Below the pieces are notes generated by a model. The model was not told the DNA's origin and ran no database searches. It saw nothing but the letters and a program-made list of their open reading frames with translations. A stretch of 64,000 bases of DNA from an uncultured bacterium. GTDB lineage: Bacteria > Chloroflexota > UBA5177 > JANWHV01. The stretch is from contig CAWHAE010000005.1 in the NCBI GenBank assembly GCA_963827235.1, positions 1 through 64,000 of the forward strand, read 5' to 3'. Both the position numbers and the translations under genes were made by a program. This document shows, piece after piece, positions 31,606-41,790 of this stretch. Each line of letters begins with the position of its first letter. The first letter of the stretch is position 1.

Positions 31606-32619
31606 GTGGCGCCGGCGCTGCCCCGAGTGCCCGCGGGTTCCCCCGCCGCGCTGATGGCCATCGGCATCTTCGTGCTGGCGGCGCTGCAACGGCTTCCCTC
31701 CCCACTGCCCGACGCCACTAGCGCACTGGGCATTCTCTTGCTCGGCCTGTGGGCCATAATGGCAGCGCTGCTCGCGAACGATGGGCTGTGTGGGAGGCTG
31801 CAGCTGAGTCTCGTGAAGCCGGGCACGAGCTTGGCGGTCGGCACATGGGTCGCCGGCACGTCGGTTCTGGCTGAGGTCGTGCACCTGGCGCTGCCGCGCT
31901 GGGAGCCCCTGGCCGATGCACTTGGCCTGACGGCTCTCGCGCTCTGGCCGTGGTATCTCAGCCTTGCCGTCCGGGCTGTGCGCGCTCTCGCCACTGTGGC
32001 CGCGCGCCGGCCACTGAATGGCAGGATCCTGCTTACGAGCGTCAGCACGCAGTCCCTGGTGATCGCCTGGCACACGGTGCTGCCGCAGAGCGAGCCACGC
32101 GACGTCGCGCTGGCGCTGGTGCTGGCAGGCATTGCCTTCTATGCATGCGGCATTGGGCTTATGCTCTGGCTGGCAGCGCGCGCGGCGACCTGGCGCCTGC
32201 GCGAGGACGGAGATGCCACCCACTGCATCGTGCACGGCGCCATGTCCATCAGCGGGCTGGCGGCGACGGTGAGCCACGCGCTGCCCGTCCTGTGGATCGG
32301 GGTCATCTGGTGCTGGGTAGCCGGGGCGTTCGCGGTTGTCGAAGGCGCCGAACTGGCACGAGTGGTCGCGCGCGTGGGAAAGTACGGCTGGCGGCGAGGC
32401 GCCTTCACGTACGATGTGTCGCAGTGGTCGCGGAACTTCACGTTCGGCATGTTCTACGCCTTCACGCTCGCCGTGCACCAGGCTGGCCTGGATGGAGCTG
32501 AGCAGCCAGCCCTTCGAGCATGCCAGGCTCTGGTGCTGTCTGACGGCCAATATGTGGTGGCCATGCTCCTGCTCGTCGAGATCGCACTTTTCCTGCTTGC
32601 CCTGCTCAGCCGCGAATGA
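31606..32619 (+). CDS. Multi-pass membrane protein, tentatively TDT/SLAC1-like
   Basis: About 10 hydrophobic segments; MAIGI, LLTSVSTQSL and YDVSQWSRNFTFGMF resemble the TDT motifs MATGI, VxxQS and YxxxxWxxxFPxGM; begins 6 nt after narI. Confidence 0.55.
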   Translation: MAPALPRVPAGSPAALMAIGIFVLAALQRLPSPLPDATSALGILLLGLWAIMAALLANDGLCGRLQLSLVKPGTSLAVGTWVAGTSVLAEVVHLALPRWEPLADALGLTALALWPWYLSLAVRAVRALATVAARRPLNGRILLTSVSTQSLVIAWHTVLPQSEPRDVALALVLAGIAFYACGIGLMLWLAARAATWRLREDGDATHCIVHGAMSISGLAATVSHALPVLWIGVIWCWVAGAFAVVEGAELARVVARVGKYGWRRGAFTYDVSQWSRNFTFGMFYAFTLAVHQAGLDGAEQPALRACQALVLSDGQYVVAMLLLVEIALFLLALLSRE

Positions 32620-32945
32620 GGCATGGCCCGTGTTCGAATATGCGCTTCGGGCTGGCAGACGCTCGAGGTGCAAGCAGACGTTCCTCGCCCATGCGCCCGG
32701 GAGAAGCGAACGGTAGCCTGTTCGCGCGTCTATGGGTCACCGACGCTCTCAAGCAATGTTGTCCGGCTCACACGGTTCAGTGCCCAGGCTGTGCAGCAGA
32801 GCTGGAACGTCTGCCATCTTGCGCCGCACGCAAAAGCGGGCGAAAAGCGCACATGGCATTCGATGACGTCCCTTCCTCGGCTGCCCGCGAGGCTTGCAGT
32901 ATCGCTTGCACCCGGTCGGGGCAGACATTCGCCAGCAGAAGCTCA

Positions 32946-32989
32946 CGTGCTAAAGAACGTGCTAAAGTGGGCCGGTTCTCGTGCTAAAG
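32946..32989 (+). repeat. Three direct repeats CGTGCTAAAG (integrase arm-site-like)
   Basis: Copies at 32946-32955, 32958-32967 and 32980-32989, about 45-90 nt beyond the tRNA 3' end. Confidence 0.8.
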
Positions 32990-33035
32990 AGACTTTGAAG
33001 ATGGAGGAAGATGGAGCTTGCCGGAGGAGAATAAA

Positions 33036-33108
33036 AGCGGGTGAAGGGACTCGAACCCTCGTCATTCTGCTTGGGAAGCAGACACTCTGCCAACTGAGTT
33101 ACACCCGC
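33036..33108 (-). tRNA. tRNA-Gly (CCC)
   Basis: Minus strand GCGGGTGTAACTCAGTTGGCAGAGTGTCTGCTTCCCAAGCAGAATGACGAGGGTTCGAGTCCCTTCACCCGCT folds as a cloverleaf; CCA not encoded. Confidence 0.96.
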
Positions 33109-33293
33109 GTGCTCGGCGCGCACCCCCCCTTGGGATCGCCCGTCCGATGCGCAGATCCTACCACGCTTGGACCATCCGCCGCAAGCAGCATCCGGCAGAC
33201 CGGTAATCCGCCGGACAACCCCCGCCGCCCCGACCGACCGCCCGCGGCTGACCCGTCGGCCGGGCGTCCACGGTGGGCATGTGGCCGCCTGCC

Positions 33294-34671
33294 CTACTGC
33301 ACCTGCGGCACGTCGTCGCCCAGCAGCAACACCACCTGAGCGTGCACGTCCGGCATGTTGCTGGTCGCCAGCTTCGCCTGAAACATCTGGCGCAGCAGAC
33401 GCGTCGTGTATGGCGCGGAGGGGTAAGCGCTGTTCACGATCACCGTCGTGTGCGCCTGGGCGCTCGTGGCTGCATTGCCGCTCCCGACGACGTCGAAATG
33501 GCAGGTGGTCAGCGTACCGGCAACCGCCGTGGCTTCGCCGTTCAGCTTACTGCCGTTCTGTACGAACACGGTCGCGTGCTCGCTCGCCAGCTGCTGGTTC
33601 TGGAACAGCGCGTCGACCTGCGGCTGGAAGGCCGGCGTCGGGCACAGGTCCGCACCCTGGTCGTAGCCGATACACTGCGTCACCATGCCGTTCGTGTCGC
33701 TGAAGTACACGTGCTGCATGCTCCCGGTCTTCACCATCTCCAGGAACACCACCGGCAACATGCTGGCCGGCATGTTGGACTGGAAAGCGTTGCGCAGAGC
33801 GCTGTAGATCGAGGGCAGGCGGAACAGGGTGCGCAGGCTCAGAGCCTGCGACTTCAAGGCGGAGATTAGCTGCTGTTGGTGCTGTACGCGCACCTCGTCC
33901 CCCGTCGTATATGCGTGCCGCTCCCGCACGTACGCCAGGGCCGTGGCGCCGTCCATGTGCTGCATGCCCGGGTTCAAGATGCAGCGGCGCGAAGCCGTTG
34001 CCCTGCAGCGCCGGGTAGGTCGGGTCGTCAATCTTCTGATCGACGTTGATGTTGACGCCGCCAAAGGCGTCGATCACCGTCTTGAAGGTCTGGAAGCGCA
34101 GCACAATGTAGTAGCTGATCGGTATGCCGAGCGCATGCTCCACGGTGTATGCCTCGTACGCCGGCCCGCCCAGGTAGTTGCCTTCGTTGATCTTGCTCAT
34201 CTCGCCATAGCCCGGCACGCTCGCCGCCAGATCGCGCGGGATGGAGACCATCCGCACTTTCCCATGGCTGGGATCGACGGTCATCACGATGATGGTGTCG
34301 GAATGCGTCTTCTCGCCCGGGTACCGCTGATCCTCGCCCAGGGCCAGGACATTGATCGGGTCCGACCCGTTCCACGGCACGGCGTTCGCGGCCGAGGGCA
34401 GAAACGGCTGGCTGAGCCAGCCCAGCGCCGCGGGGTCGGTCCAGAAATAGCCGAAACTTCCGGCCAGCACGACGGCAATGCCCAGCAGGACAAGTCCAAC
34501 GCGCAGCAGCCAGCGCGGCTTGCTGCCGGGGGGGCTGGGCGGGGGGACCGGGGCGAGCACAAGCGTGGGCTGCGTGTGCACACTGGGCGCTTCCATGGGC
34601 AACCCGTTGGGCCCATACGTCCAGTCGTCTTCTTGAAGCATGTCGATCCTTGGCAGGCGCACCGGCACCAT
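33294..34671 (-). CDS. LCP (LytR-CpsA-Psr) family protein with LytR_C domain; frameshift ~33975
   Basis: TM segment, SDTII, SIPRD, KIN, LAYVRER, RVQHQQ, VQNGS..LLLGDD. Confidence 0.9.
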
Positions 34672-34913
34672 GCATCCGCATGGTGCGCCGTGTCAGTATA
34701 CCCAGCCTTCGCTGCCTCCGGTCAAGGCGTTACTGCCTCGTCGTCCCAATTTGCACCCCCCTTGACCGCCGAGTGAGCGCGAATCGGCGACATCGTCGCA
34801 TGCTCGCCGGCTCGCCCGAGGAGGCGCAATCCGGACGGGCGACCGTGCACTGCCTCGCCCGTCCGCCTGACCACGGGTTGGCACGGCACCCTCTGCCTCA
34901 CGCCCTGGCTCGC

Positions 34914-35894
34914 TCAGATCGACGGTGACTCCGCCCGGACCGCGGCGTCTGATCCCCGCCAGCCGCCAAAGCGGCCTCTGTAGGCCCAGAGCGATACCAG
35001 ACCGACGCACACGCCGAACCAGAGCGTGCAGAGCCGTATCAGCAGCGTAGCAGCTACGGCGTTGGTCAGCTGGGTGTGCGTCACGGCCACGAGCAGTGCT
35101 GCCGAGCTCGCCTCCGCCGATCCAAGGCCGCCGGGCGAGAGCGACGCCGATCCCACCAGCGTGGACACGGCCAGCACGAAAGCCGCCTGCACCAGCACGT
35201 CCCAGCCCGTGCCTATTCCCAGCCCGTGCAGCACGAGGTAAAAGGCCATGCATTCTCCGCTCCACGACACCAGTCCGATGCAGACGGCGGTGAGCAGCAA
35301 CCCAGGCGCCAGCAGCAGTCTCGCGCTGGTGAACAACCGCCCTACCTCGTCGGCGCGCCGCGCCAGCCGCCGATGCACTTGCAGCCAGGGCAGGATGCGC
35401 GTGCGCACGAACGGCGCCTGCGAAACGACGATGATAGCCACGAAGACGGCCAGTAGCGCCGCTATAGGCAGTACCGCCTGCCTGTACAGGATCAGCCCGG
35501 TAGCCGCCAGGCCCATCATGGCCAGCCCGTCGGTCAGGCGCTCAGCCAGCACCACGGGCGCCGACGTGGTGAGCGGCGTGCCGGCCCGCCTGCGGAGCAG
35601 CACGCTCTTCAGCAGCTCGCCGGCCTTGCCGGGCGTGATCGCCATGGAGAGCCCGCAGAGAAAGATGCCGAGACTATCGGCAAAGTCGATGGCGATGCGC
35701 AGCCTGCGCAGGTACATGTGCCACTTCACGAAGCGTAGCGCGTAGTTCCACAGCGTGAGCAGCAGGATCGCCGGCAGATAGCCCACCGGGAATTGCCGCA
35801 GGGCATTGGCCACCCGCGGCGCGTCTCCGATCAGGGCCAGGACGCTGAGTACGACGAGCCCGAACAGGATCGAGAGGAAGAACCTACGGGCCAT
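34914..35894 (-). CDS. UPF0104/lysylphosphatidylglycerol synthase TM (flippase-like) protein
   Basis: LRFVKW, TPGKAGE, ERLTD, PGGLG..E, RLCTLW. Confidence 0.88.
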   Translation of the reverse strand: MARRFFLSILFGLVVLSVLALIGDAPRVANALRQFPVGYLPAILLLTLWNYALRFVKWHMYLRRLRIAIDFADSLGIFLCGLSMAITPGKAGELLKSVLLRRRAGTPLTTSAPVVLAERLTDGLAMMGLAATGLILYRQAVLPIAALLAVFVAIIVVSQAPFVRTRILPWLQVHRRLARRADEVGRLFTSARLLLAPGLLLTAVCIGLVSWSGECMAFYLVLHGLGIGTGWDVLVQAAFVLAVSTLVGSASLSPGGLGSAEASSAALLVAVTHTQLTNAVAATLLIRLCTLWFGVCVGLVSLWAYRGRFGGWRGSDAAVRAESPSI

Positions 35895-36828
35895 GCCCGG
35901 AGCCACTGACCACGGCGATCGCGATCGCCGCCCACATGAGGATGCACACCTGCAGGGGCCGGTCGTGCAAGAGCATCTCCTCCGGGCTGCCGCCCTGGTC
36001 ACGCTCGTGCGCGAGGTACAGGTAGCGGAACACGCCGTAGACGGCGAAGGGCACCGTGACCATCATCTGGTGATTCGATGGCAGGTTCGCCGCGGTGAAC
36101 GTGTAAAGCGAGTAGGAGACGATGATGGACGACGACACGATGGTGATCAATTGATCGACGAGCTCCAGACTGTATTCGCCCAGGTTGCGCCGGTGAACAG
36201 CCGCCTGATCCTCCAGCTCGATCAACTCACCGCGACGCTTGCCGAGAGCGAGAAACAGGCCGCCCAGGATCGTGCACAGGTAGAGCCAGACCGATATCTC
36301 CACGCGTATCGCCACGGCGCCGGCCGCGGCGCGAATTACGTAGCCAAGGGCGATGGCGAACACGTCCAGCAGCACCTCGTGCTTCAGGTAGAAGACGTAG
36401 CCCAACTGCAGCACCATGTACGCCGCGGCGGCCTCGAGGAACGAGAAGTCCAGGCCGGCACTCAAGGCCAGGCTGGCGCCTCCGATCGCTACCGCGGCCA
36501 CCTGCGCGGTGCGCACGGGCAGCCGTCCGGAGGCAACAGGGCGAAATCGCTTCGTAGGATGCAGGCGGTCCTGCTCCACGTCCAGCGAATCGTTCAGCAG
36601 ATATACCGTGCCCGAGAGGGTGCAGAACAACAGCACGCAGGCGAGCATCCTGACGTCGGACGTGACGTCCCGGAAGCGATCGGCCATCACGAGCGCAGCC
36701 GCGCACAGCAAGTTCTTGGTCCACTGCCGCGGGCGCATCGCCTTCAGTATCAGGACCGGCATGGCGTATGCCGGCGCGGCGGCTTCGGGAACGGCCACCG
36801 TTCGCTCCTGCCTCTTGGTCATTTCCAT
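35884..36828 (-). CDS. UbiA-family prenyltransferase (decaprenyl-phosphate phosphoribosyltransferase-like)
   Basis: RPRQWTKN, YLLNDSLDVEQDRLHPTKRFRP.ASG, KRRGE. Confidence 0.9.
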   Translation of the reverse strand: MEMTKRQERTVAVPEAAAPAYAMPVLILKAMRPRQWTKNLLCAAALVMADRFRDVTSDVRMLACVLLFCTLSGTVYLLNDSLDVEQDRLHPTKRFRPVASGRLPVRTAQVAAVAIGGASLALSAGLDFSFLEAAAAYMVLQLGYVFYLKHEVLLDVFAIALGYVIRAAAGAVAIRVEISVWLYLCTILGGLFLALGKRRGELIELEDQAAVHRRNLGEYSLELVDQLITIVSSSIIVSYSLYTFTAANLPSNHQMMVTVPFAVYGVFRYLYLAHERDQGGSPEEMLLHDRPLQVCILMWAAIAIAVVSGSGHGP

Positions 36829-37177
36829 CTCATGTCCCCAGTACGGTGTCCCTTCACCTCGCGTGCCGGGACCGCCGGCCGCGCGGCGAACAAATCGGCC
36901 CAGGCATTCGCCCCTCGGCCGGAACACACATGCATAGTACTATTAGGGCTTGCCTCTAGCTATGACCCTATGCGGGCATCGATCACTCGCGCCAGGGCAC
37001 CAAATTCCCCGGCGACTGCTGCCGCCGGTACCAGGAAACCGCGAGAAGAATGAAACGGTGCGACGGGCGCGCAGAGCTGCAGCCCTCCGCGCACCCACCT
37101 GTCGTAGCGCAAGATAGGTCACGTGTTCGTATACAATGTGAGGACGTGCAACGCGTAGGGGCGGTGAGAATGTCGTC

Positions 37178-38098
37178 GTGGTAGCGATTACGATGCTCGG
37201 CCGAACACACCTCGCGTTCGCCGTGGGTACGTCGGTGCCTGTAGTCGTCCTGACCGGGATCGCCCCGAGTCCGGGAGGCATGTGCCATCACCTCACCTAC
37301 TCGCTCGACGGCCCGCGTGTGCTCAGCCTGCCGGCCCTCAGCGCCGCTGTCTGGATCGCGCTGGTCGCCGCCGCTGCCCTGGGCGGGCTGTTGCCCGACA
37401 TCGATCAGCCCGGGTCGCTGGTCACGCGGTTTCCTGCCAACCAGACTCGTGCCCTTCAGCGGGCCGGAGCCGGCGTGTTTCCGGGTGCCCAGGGAGCTGT
37501 GACACGCCCGGCGTTCGCCGCGTCTGCCGCGGCAGGCCGTCTGGCCGCCGCCGTGCTCGGCGGTTACGCGGGACGCCTGGATCGCCTGTTTGTCTTCCTG
37601 CTCTGGCTGCTGGCGCTCCTGGCGACCGGCGAGGCGATCGTGGCGCGCTGGCTGCCGCCTGCCGGCCTGCTGGACTGGCCGGTGCAGTGGCGGCACGTCT
37701 ACGCACTTACCGTGGGCACGCTCGCGGCACTCGCCGCGCTGGTAGCGGCCGGGGGCGTCTCCGGGCTCGTCCACCGCCTGCCGGGGCATCATCGCGGCTG
37801 GACGCACGCACCGCCTACTGCTATCGTGCTCGGCGCGGTCTGCGTTCCGCTGGGGCCGGTCCTCGCCCCTGCCCTGCCCGGCATCGGAGCAGCGTTCGCC
37901 CTCGGTTATATCTCGCACCTGGTAGCAGATGCCCTCACGCTGCGCGGCATACCACTGTGGTGGCCGGGGGACTCGCAGCCCAGTCTGCACCTGCTCCCGC
38001 CGTTTCTGCGCGTGCGAACGGGCAGCGGCGGCGAATCGCTCTTCAACCTGTGCTGGCCGGTCGCGGTGGCAGCAGCCATCGTAGTCGGCGGCCGGTAG
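37178..38098 (+). CDS. YdjM-like membrane-bound metal-dependent hydrolase
   Basis: GRTH, LLPDID, HRGWTH, SHLVADALT..G.PL.WP. Confidence 0.85.
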   Translation: MVAITMLGRTHLAFAVGTSVPVVVLTGIAPSPGGMCHHLTYSLDGPRVLSLPALSAAVWIALVAAAALGGLLPDIDQPGSLVTRFPANQTRALQRAGAGVFPGAQGAVTRPAFAASAAAGRLAAAVLGGYAGRLDRLFVFLLWLLALLATGEAIVARWLPPAGLLDWPVQWRHVYALTVGTLAALAALVAAGGVSGLVHRLPGHHRGWTHAPPTAIVLGAVCVPLGPVLAPALPGIGAAFALGYISHLVADALTLRGIPLWWPGDSQPSLHLLPPFLRVRTGSGGESLFNLCWPVAVAAAIVVGGR

Positions 38099-38296
38099 GC
38101 GCCGTAACCAAGCGACGGTGTGGACAACCGGCTGCCAATTGCACAGGTCGACCGGCAGTTGTCCACAACACCACTTTCGGCAAGTGTTGGCAGGCGCCAC
38201 AATGCCCCTATCGAGATCGCGGAGCTATTGATCGTAAGGCCCGAGGCCCACGAGTCGCAGGCGGCAACCGCCAGCAAGGAACGAAGGGTGCAGGCG

Positions 38297-38500
38297 ATGA
38301 CAATCCTCGAGGTTGAACGCAAGCCCGTCGAGTCCGCGCTTCAGAAGCGGCTCCGCCGCATACCGGCCGGTCAGCGGGAGACGATAACCGGCTCGTTCCA
38401 TTCGGTTCTGGGTAGACGCATCTACGCCTTCGACGTTGCTCTTCCGCGTCAGGCTGAGCCCGCGCACCGGCGACAGTTGTCGATCAACGTTCTCACCTAA
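38297..38500 (+). CDS. Small hypothetical protein
   Basis: 67-aa ORF MTILEVERKP.. with a purine-rich upstream region. Confidence 0.45.
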   Translation: MTILEVERKPVESALQKRLRRIPAGQRETITGSFHSVLGRRIYAFDVALPRQAEPAHRRQLSINVLT

Positions 38501-38599
38501 CTCCTGATAGCCCTCCCTGCGGTCCATCAGCGCCTCGGCCTGCTCCGAGGCGCTGACCTATCTTCAGGGCAGTGCCGTTCACCCAGGCCCGTCCGATTC

Positions 38600-40537
38600 T
38601 CAGGAAGCGGGCCGCGCCGGTCGCAGATAGCGCCTGAAGAAGGCGCCAATAGCCTGGTAACAGGCAACGCGATTCTCGTGCTTCAGCACGTCGTGTCCTT
38701 CGTTCTCGAAGAGCAGATACTCCACGTCGCGACCCTTCGCCCGCAGAGAGTCCACGACGGCGCGCGACTCCGATTCCACCACCCGTGGATCGTTCTTGCC
38801 CTGAATGACCAGCATAGGGCACGAGAGATCGTCGATGTAGGTGATGGGAGACCGCTCGACCAGAAAGTCGCGATCGCGCACGACGTCGCCGAGCGCGATC
38901 TGGAACTGCGGCTTCCATGTGGCCGGAATGTGGTCCAGGAAGGTAAGCAGATCGACCGGACCGGACATATCCACGGCCGCGGCCCACAGCTCAGGATGCC
39001 TCGCTGCCAGGGTGAGAGTCATGTATCCGCCATACGAGCGCCCTATGACCCCGGCCCGGCTCAGATCGATCCGAGGATCGCCGCCCAGCACCCGCATGGC
39101 GTGCACGTGGTCGTGGCGATCGTCGCCGCCCCAATCGCGATCGACCTTCGTCATGTACGAAAGGCCATAACCGGTGCTGCCCCGAACGTTGGGCACGAAG
39201 ACGCCAAAGCCGCTGAGGGCGAGGAGCTGGATCAGCGGCATGGAAAACCACGCGAAGTCCGGCCGTTCCTGGCTCTGCGGCCCGCCGTGAATGTAGTAGA
39301 CCAGAGGGTAAGGCGCCGAGTAGCCCAGGGCCGGCGCGGGCAGATAGAGCCGCGCGGAGATGCGGAGGCCGTCGAACGACGTGAACGAGGCGTCCTCGCC
39401 GGCCGAGAGGTGTGCTCGCGGCAGTCCAAGCACCCGCTCATGCGTGACCTGGCGTACGCTCCAGCCGGCGCCGCGGTCGACGACGTAGATCTGGGTCGGC
39501 GAGGTCGCGCTGGAAAACGACATGGCGATGCGATCGCCCGCCCTGTCATAGCTGGCGGACTCCAGCACGCCGCTGGCCGACGGCTCGGCGCCGCACAGCG
39601 TCCGCGTGAGGGTCATAGTACGCGCCGCGGCATCGTAGCTGCCTTCATAGAGCCACGAGCTGCCATCGATGTTGTAACCCACGAGGTACTGGTCGCCGGT
39701 CAGCCGTTCAATCGAGCACAGTGTGCCCCTGCCAGAGTGACGTACGTTCAGGATGCGCACCGGGTCGATCATGTGCGAGGCGCCCGCATGCAGACGCCCC
39801 AGACCGTAGGCATCGTCGAAGATGCTCGTCACGCACAGGAAGTCGTTCTGGTCACTGGTGAAAGATCCGGCGCTGAAGCCGGTGAGCGACGATTCCCTCG
39901 ACGGACCGCGTTCGTCCAGAGGCGTGCCAAACAGGAGCTGCGACCCCGTGCGCGCGCCGTCCCACACGCACAGCGTGGCATCGCCGCCCGAATACTGCTC
40001 GATCAAGACCGCCCGAGCGTTGTCGTCCGTCCACGCCGCGACCCGGAGACTGTGCTGGCTGGCGAGCATGGGCGTGAGCTCGAGCGTGCGAAGGTCGCCT
40101 CTGAACGCCGTGCACAGCGATTGCCGGAGCATCTCGGAGACCAGGTACACAATCCCCTGCGCGCTATCGGCGCCGGCGAGATGCACGCGGCAGTCCGCAA
40201 GCTGATCGCCGAATGCGGGTTCCGGGATGCCTCCCTCCAGGGGAATGAGCATCGGCTGGTAGTTCTCGTCGCCGTCGCGATCGATCATCACGCAGACGAC
40301 GCCAAGCTCAGGGAACACGCGGTACAGGTCACCGCCCACCAGCTCCGGATTCTGCAGCGCGATGCCGGGCGGGAGTAGCGGCTCGGGCACGCCGCCGCCC
40401 GCGTCCATAACGTACAGGCTCAGGCGCCCACTCATGTTGCTGACGAAGTACAGTCGATCGCCGGCAAGCCGTGGCACGAGGAACAGCCGTGCAGACAGTA
40501 GTGCTTCAACCAGTGTCACCGACGCCGCCCCTCCCAT
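38600..40537 (-). CDS. S9 family peptidase
   Basis: HGGP, NVRGSTGYG, GRSYGG, NDPRV, EGH. Confidence 0.93.
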   Translation of the reverse strand: MGGAASVTLVEALLSARLFLVPRLAGDRLYFVSNMSGRLSLYVMDAGGGVPEPLLPPGIALQNPELVGGDLYRVFPELGVVCVMIDRDGDENYQPMLIPLEGGIPEPAFGDQLADCRVHLAGADSAQGIVYLVSEMLRQSLCTAFRGDLRTLELTPMLASQHSLRVAAWTDDNARAVLIEQYSGGDATLCVWDGARTGSQLLFGTPLDERGPSRESSLTGFSAGSFTSDQNDFLCVTSIFDDAYGLGRLHAGASHMIDPVRILNVRHSGRGTLCSIERLTGDQYLVGYNIDGSSWLYEGSYDAAARTMTLTRTLCGAEPSASGVLESASYDRAGDRIAMSFSSATSPTQIYVVDRGAGWSVRQVTHERVLGLPRAHLSAGEDASFTSFDGLRISARLYLPAPALGYSAPYPLVYYIHGGPQSQERPDFAWFSMPLIQLLALSGFGVFVPNVRGSTGYGLSYMTKVDRDWGGDDRHDHVHAMRVLGGDPRIDLSRAGVIGRSYGGYMTLTLAARHPELWAAAVDMSGPVDLLTFLDHIPATWKPQFQIALGDVVRDRDFLVERSPITYIDDLSCPMLVIQGKNDPRVVESESRAVVDSLRAKGRDVEYLLFENEGHDVLKHENRVACYQAIGAFFRRYLRPARPAS

Positions 40538-40596
40538 GTTTCTCAGGAGATGCGCGCCGCGAGCGATCTCCTGAGCCTGACACTACATCCTTCCGG

Positions 40597-41790
40597 CTAT
40601 ATCTTCACATAGGTGTGAATCGTGGCTGCCTTCTGCCCCTTATTCACCCAGGTGGTGAAGTACGTGCTTTGCTGGGTCGACGAGGCCCGCTGGCCCAGCA
40701 CCTGGATCACGTGCCAGCCATAGGTCGACTTCACGGGATCGCTCACCTGGCCGATCTTGAGCTTGAAGGCGGCATCGGCAAATTGCTGTACCATGTCGCT
40801 CTGCTGGAACCAGCCCAGATCGCCTCCCTGCTTGGCACTGCCCGTGTCGGTCGAGTATTTCTTGGCGTACGCCGCGAAGTCGGACCCCTTGTCCGCCTGC
40901 AGGTGTTTTGCCACTTGCTCGGCCAGCTTTTGATCGGAGGCCTTGAACAGTATGTGCCGTGCGTGTCGCTCGCCGCATGGGTTGCACGGAGTGTTGGCCG
41001 TCACCTTGGTCATCACGGACTGGATAGCTGCCGACGAATACGCGATCTCGTTGACGTCGGCGGGCGTGAACCCTTCGCTCGCCGCCAATTTCAAGAAGGC
41101 AGCCTTGCCGTTGCTCTGGCTGTAATACCCGTTCAGCACCGTGTCTACCTGTTTTTGTGTAGGCAGCAAATGATGGTCGCGTGCGTAGGCCACGACCACG
41201 TAGTTCTTGATCAGACTGTCGAGAACCTGCTGGCGAGCCTGCTTCACAGCCACCTTGCCCGCTGTCGTGCGCACGTCAATCGCTTTGATCGTCGCGCCGG
41301 TCGTAGCATCCTGGTGGTCCATCTGCAGTTGATCGATCTCCGAGTTGCTGTAATCCACATAGAGGCTCATGGAAATCGTCTCGCCGTTCACCACGGCGGC
41401 AACACCGGCCTTGGATGTGAGCGGCGTCGCGACCTTGATCGGCGTGCTGGTCGGAAGAGGGGTGGCGCTTGGAGTCACGGGGACGGTGGTCGCCGTCGCC
41501 GTCGGAGCAGCAACTGCCGTGTTTGAATTGTGCACCTTGGCCACGACCAGTGCCACCAGGAGCGCCACCAGCGCCACCAGCGCCACGGCTGGCACGATGT
41601 ACGGATTCATTGCGTGGCTGTCGTCCACGCGCGTGCGCCGGCCCGGCACGTAGCCAGAGGTAGGCGCCGGACGCGGCCTGCGGGTATGCCGCTGCGTGGT
41701 CAGTGGCGCTTTGCTGGGCTGTTCATCCAGGTTGCCACGGGGTTCGTCACCCTGATCGCCAAGCTGATCGTGGCTCTCGTCGTCGGGCAT
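40597..41790 (-). CDS. Membrane-anchored parvulin-type peptidyl-prolyl isomerase (PrsA/SurA-like)
   Basis: TM segment, AVVNGETI, ARHIL, YSTD..GGDLGW, YGWHVI. Confidence 0.9.
   Translation of the reverse strand: MPDDESHDQLGDQGDEPRGNLDEQPSKAPLTTQRHTRRPRPAPTSGYVPGRRTRVDDSHAMNPYIVPAVALVALVALLVALVVAKVHNSNTAVAAPTATATTVPVTPSATPLPTSTPIKVATPLTSKAGVAAVVNGETISMSLYVDYSNSEIDQLQMDHQDATTGATIKAIDVRTTAGKVAVKQARQQVLDSLIKNYVVVAYARDHHLLPTQKQVDTVLNGYYSQSNGKAAFLKLAASEGFTPADVNEIAYSSAAIQSVMTKVTANTPCNPCGERHARHILFKASDQKLAEQVAKHLQADKGSDFAAYAKKYSTDTGSAKQGGDLGWFQQSDMVQQFADAAFKLKIGQVSDPVKSTYGWHVIQVLGQRASSTQQSTYFTTWVNKGQKAATIHTYVKI

Noticed and set aside
32850-32945. Integrase C-terminal remnant (DDVPSSAAREA)
   Set aside because: Resemblance too short; no catalytic His/Arg/Tyr motifs recognisable.
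32946-32989. CRISPR-like or iteron array
   Set aside because: Only three 10-bp units with 2- and 12-nt gaps; no cas or rep gene. No CRISPR array was seen anywhere in the window.
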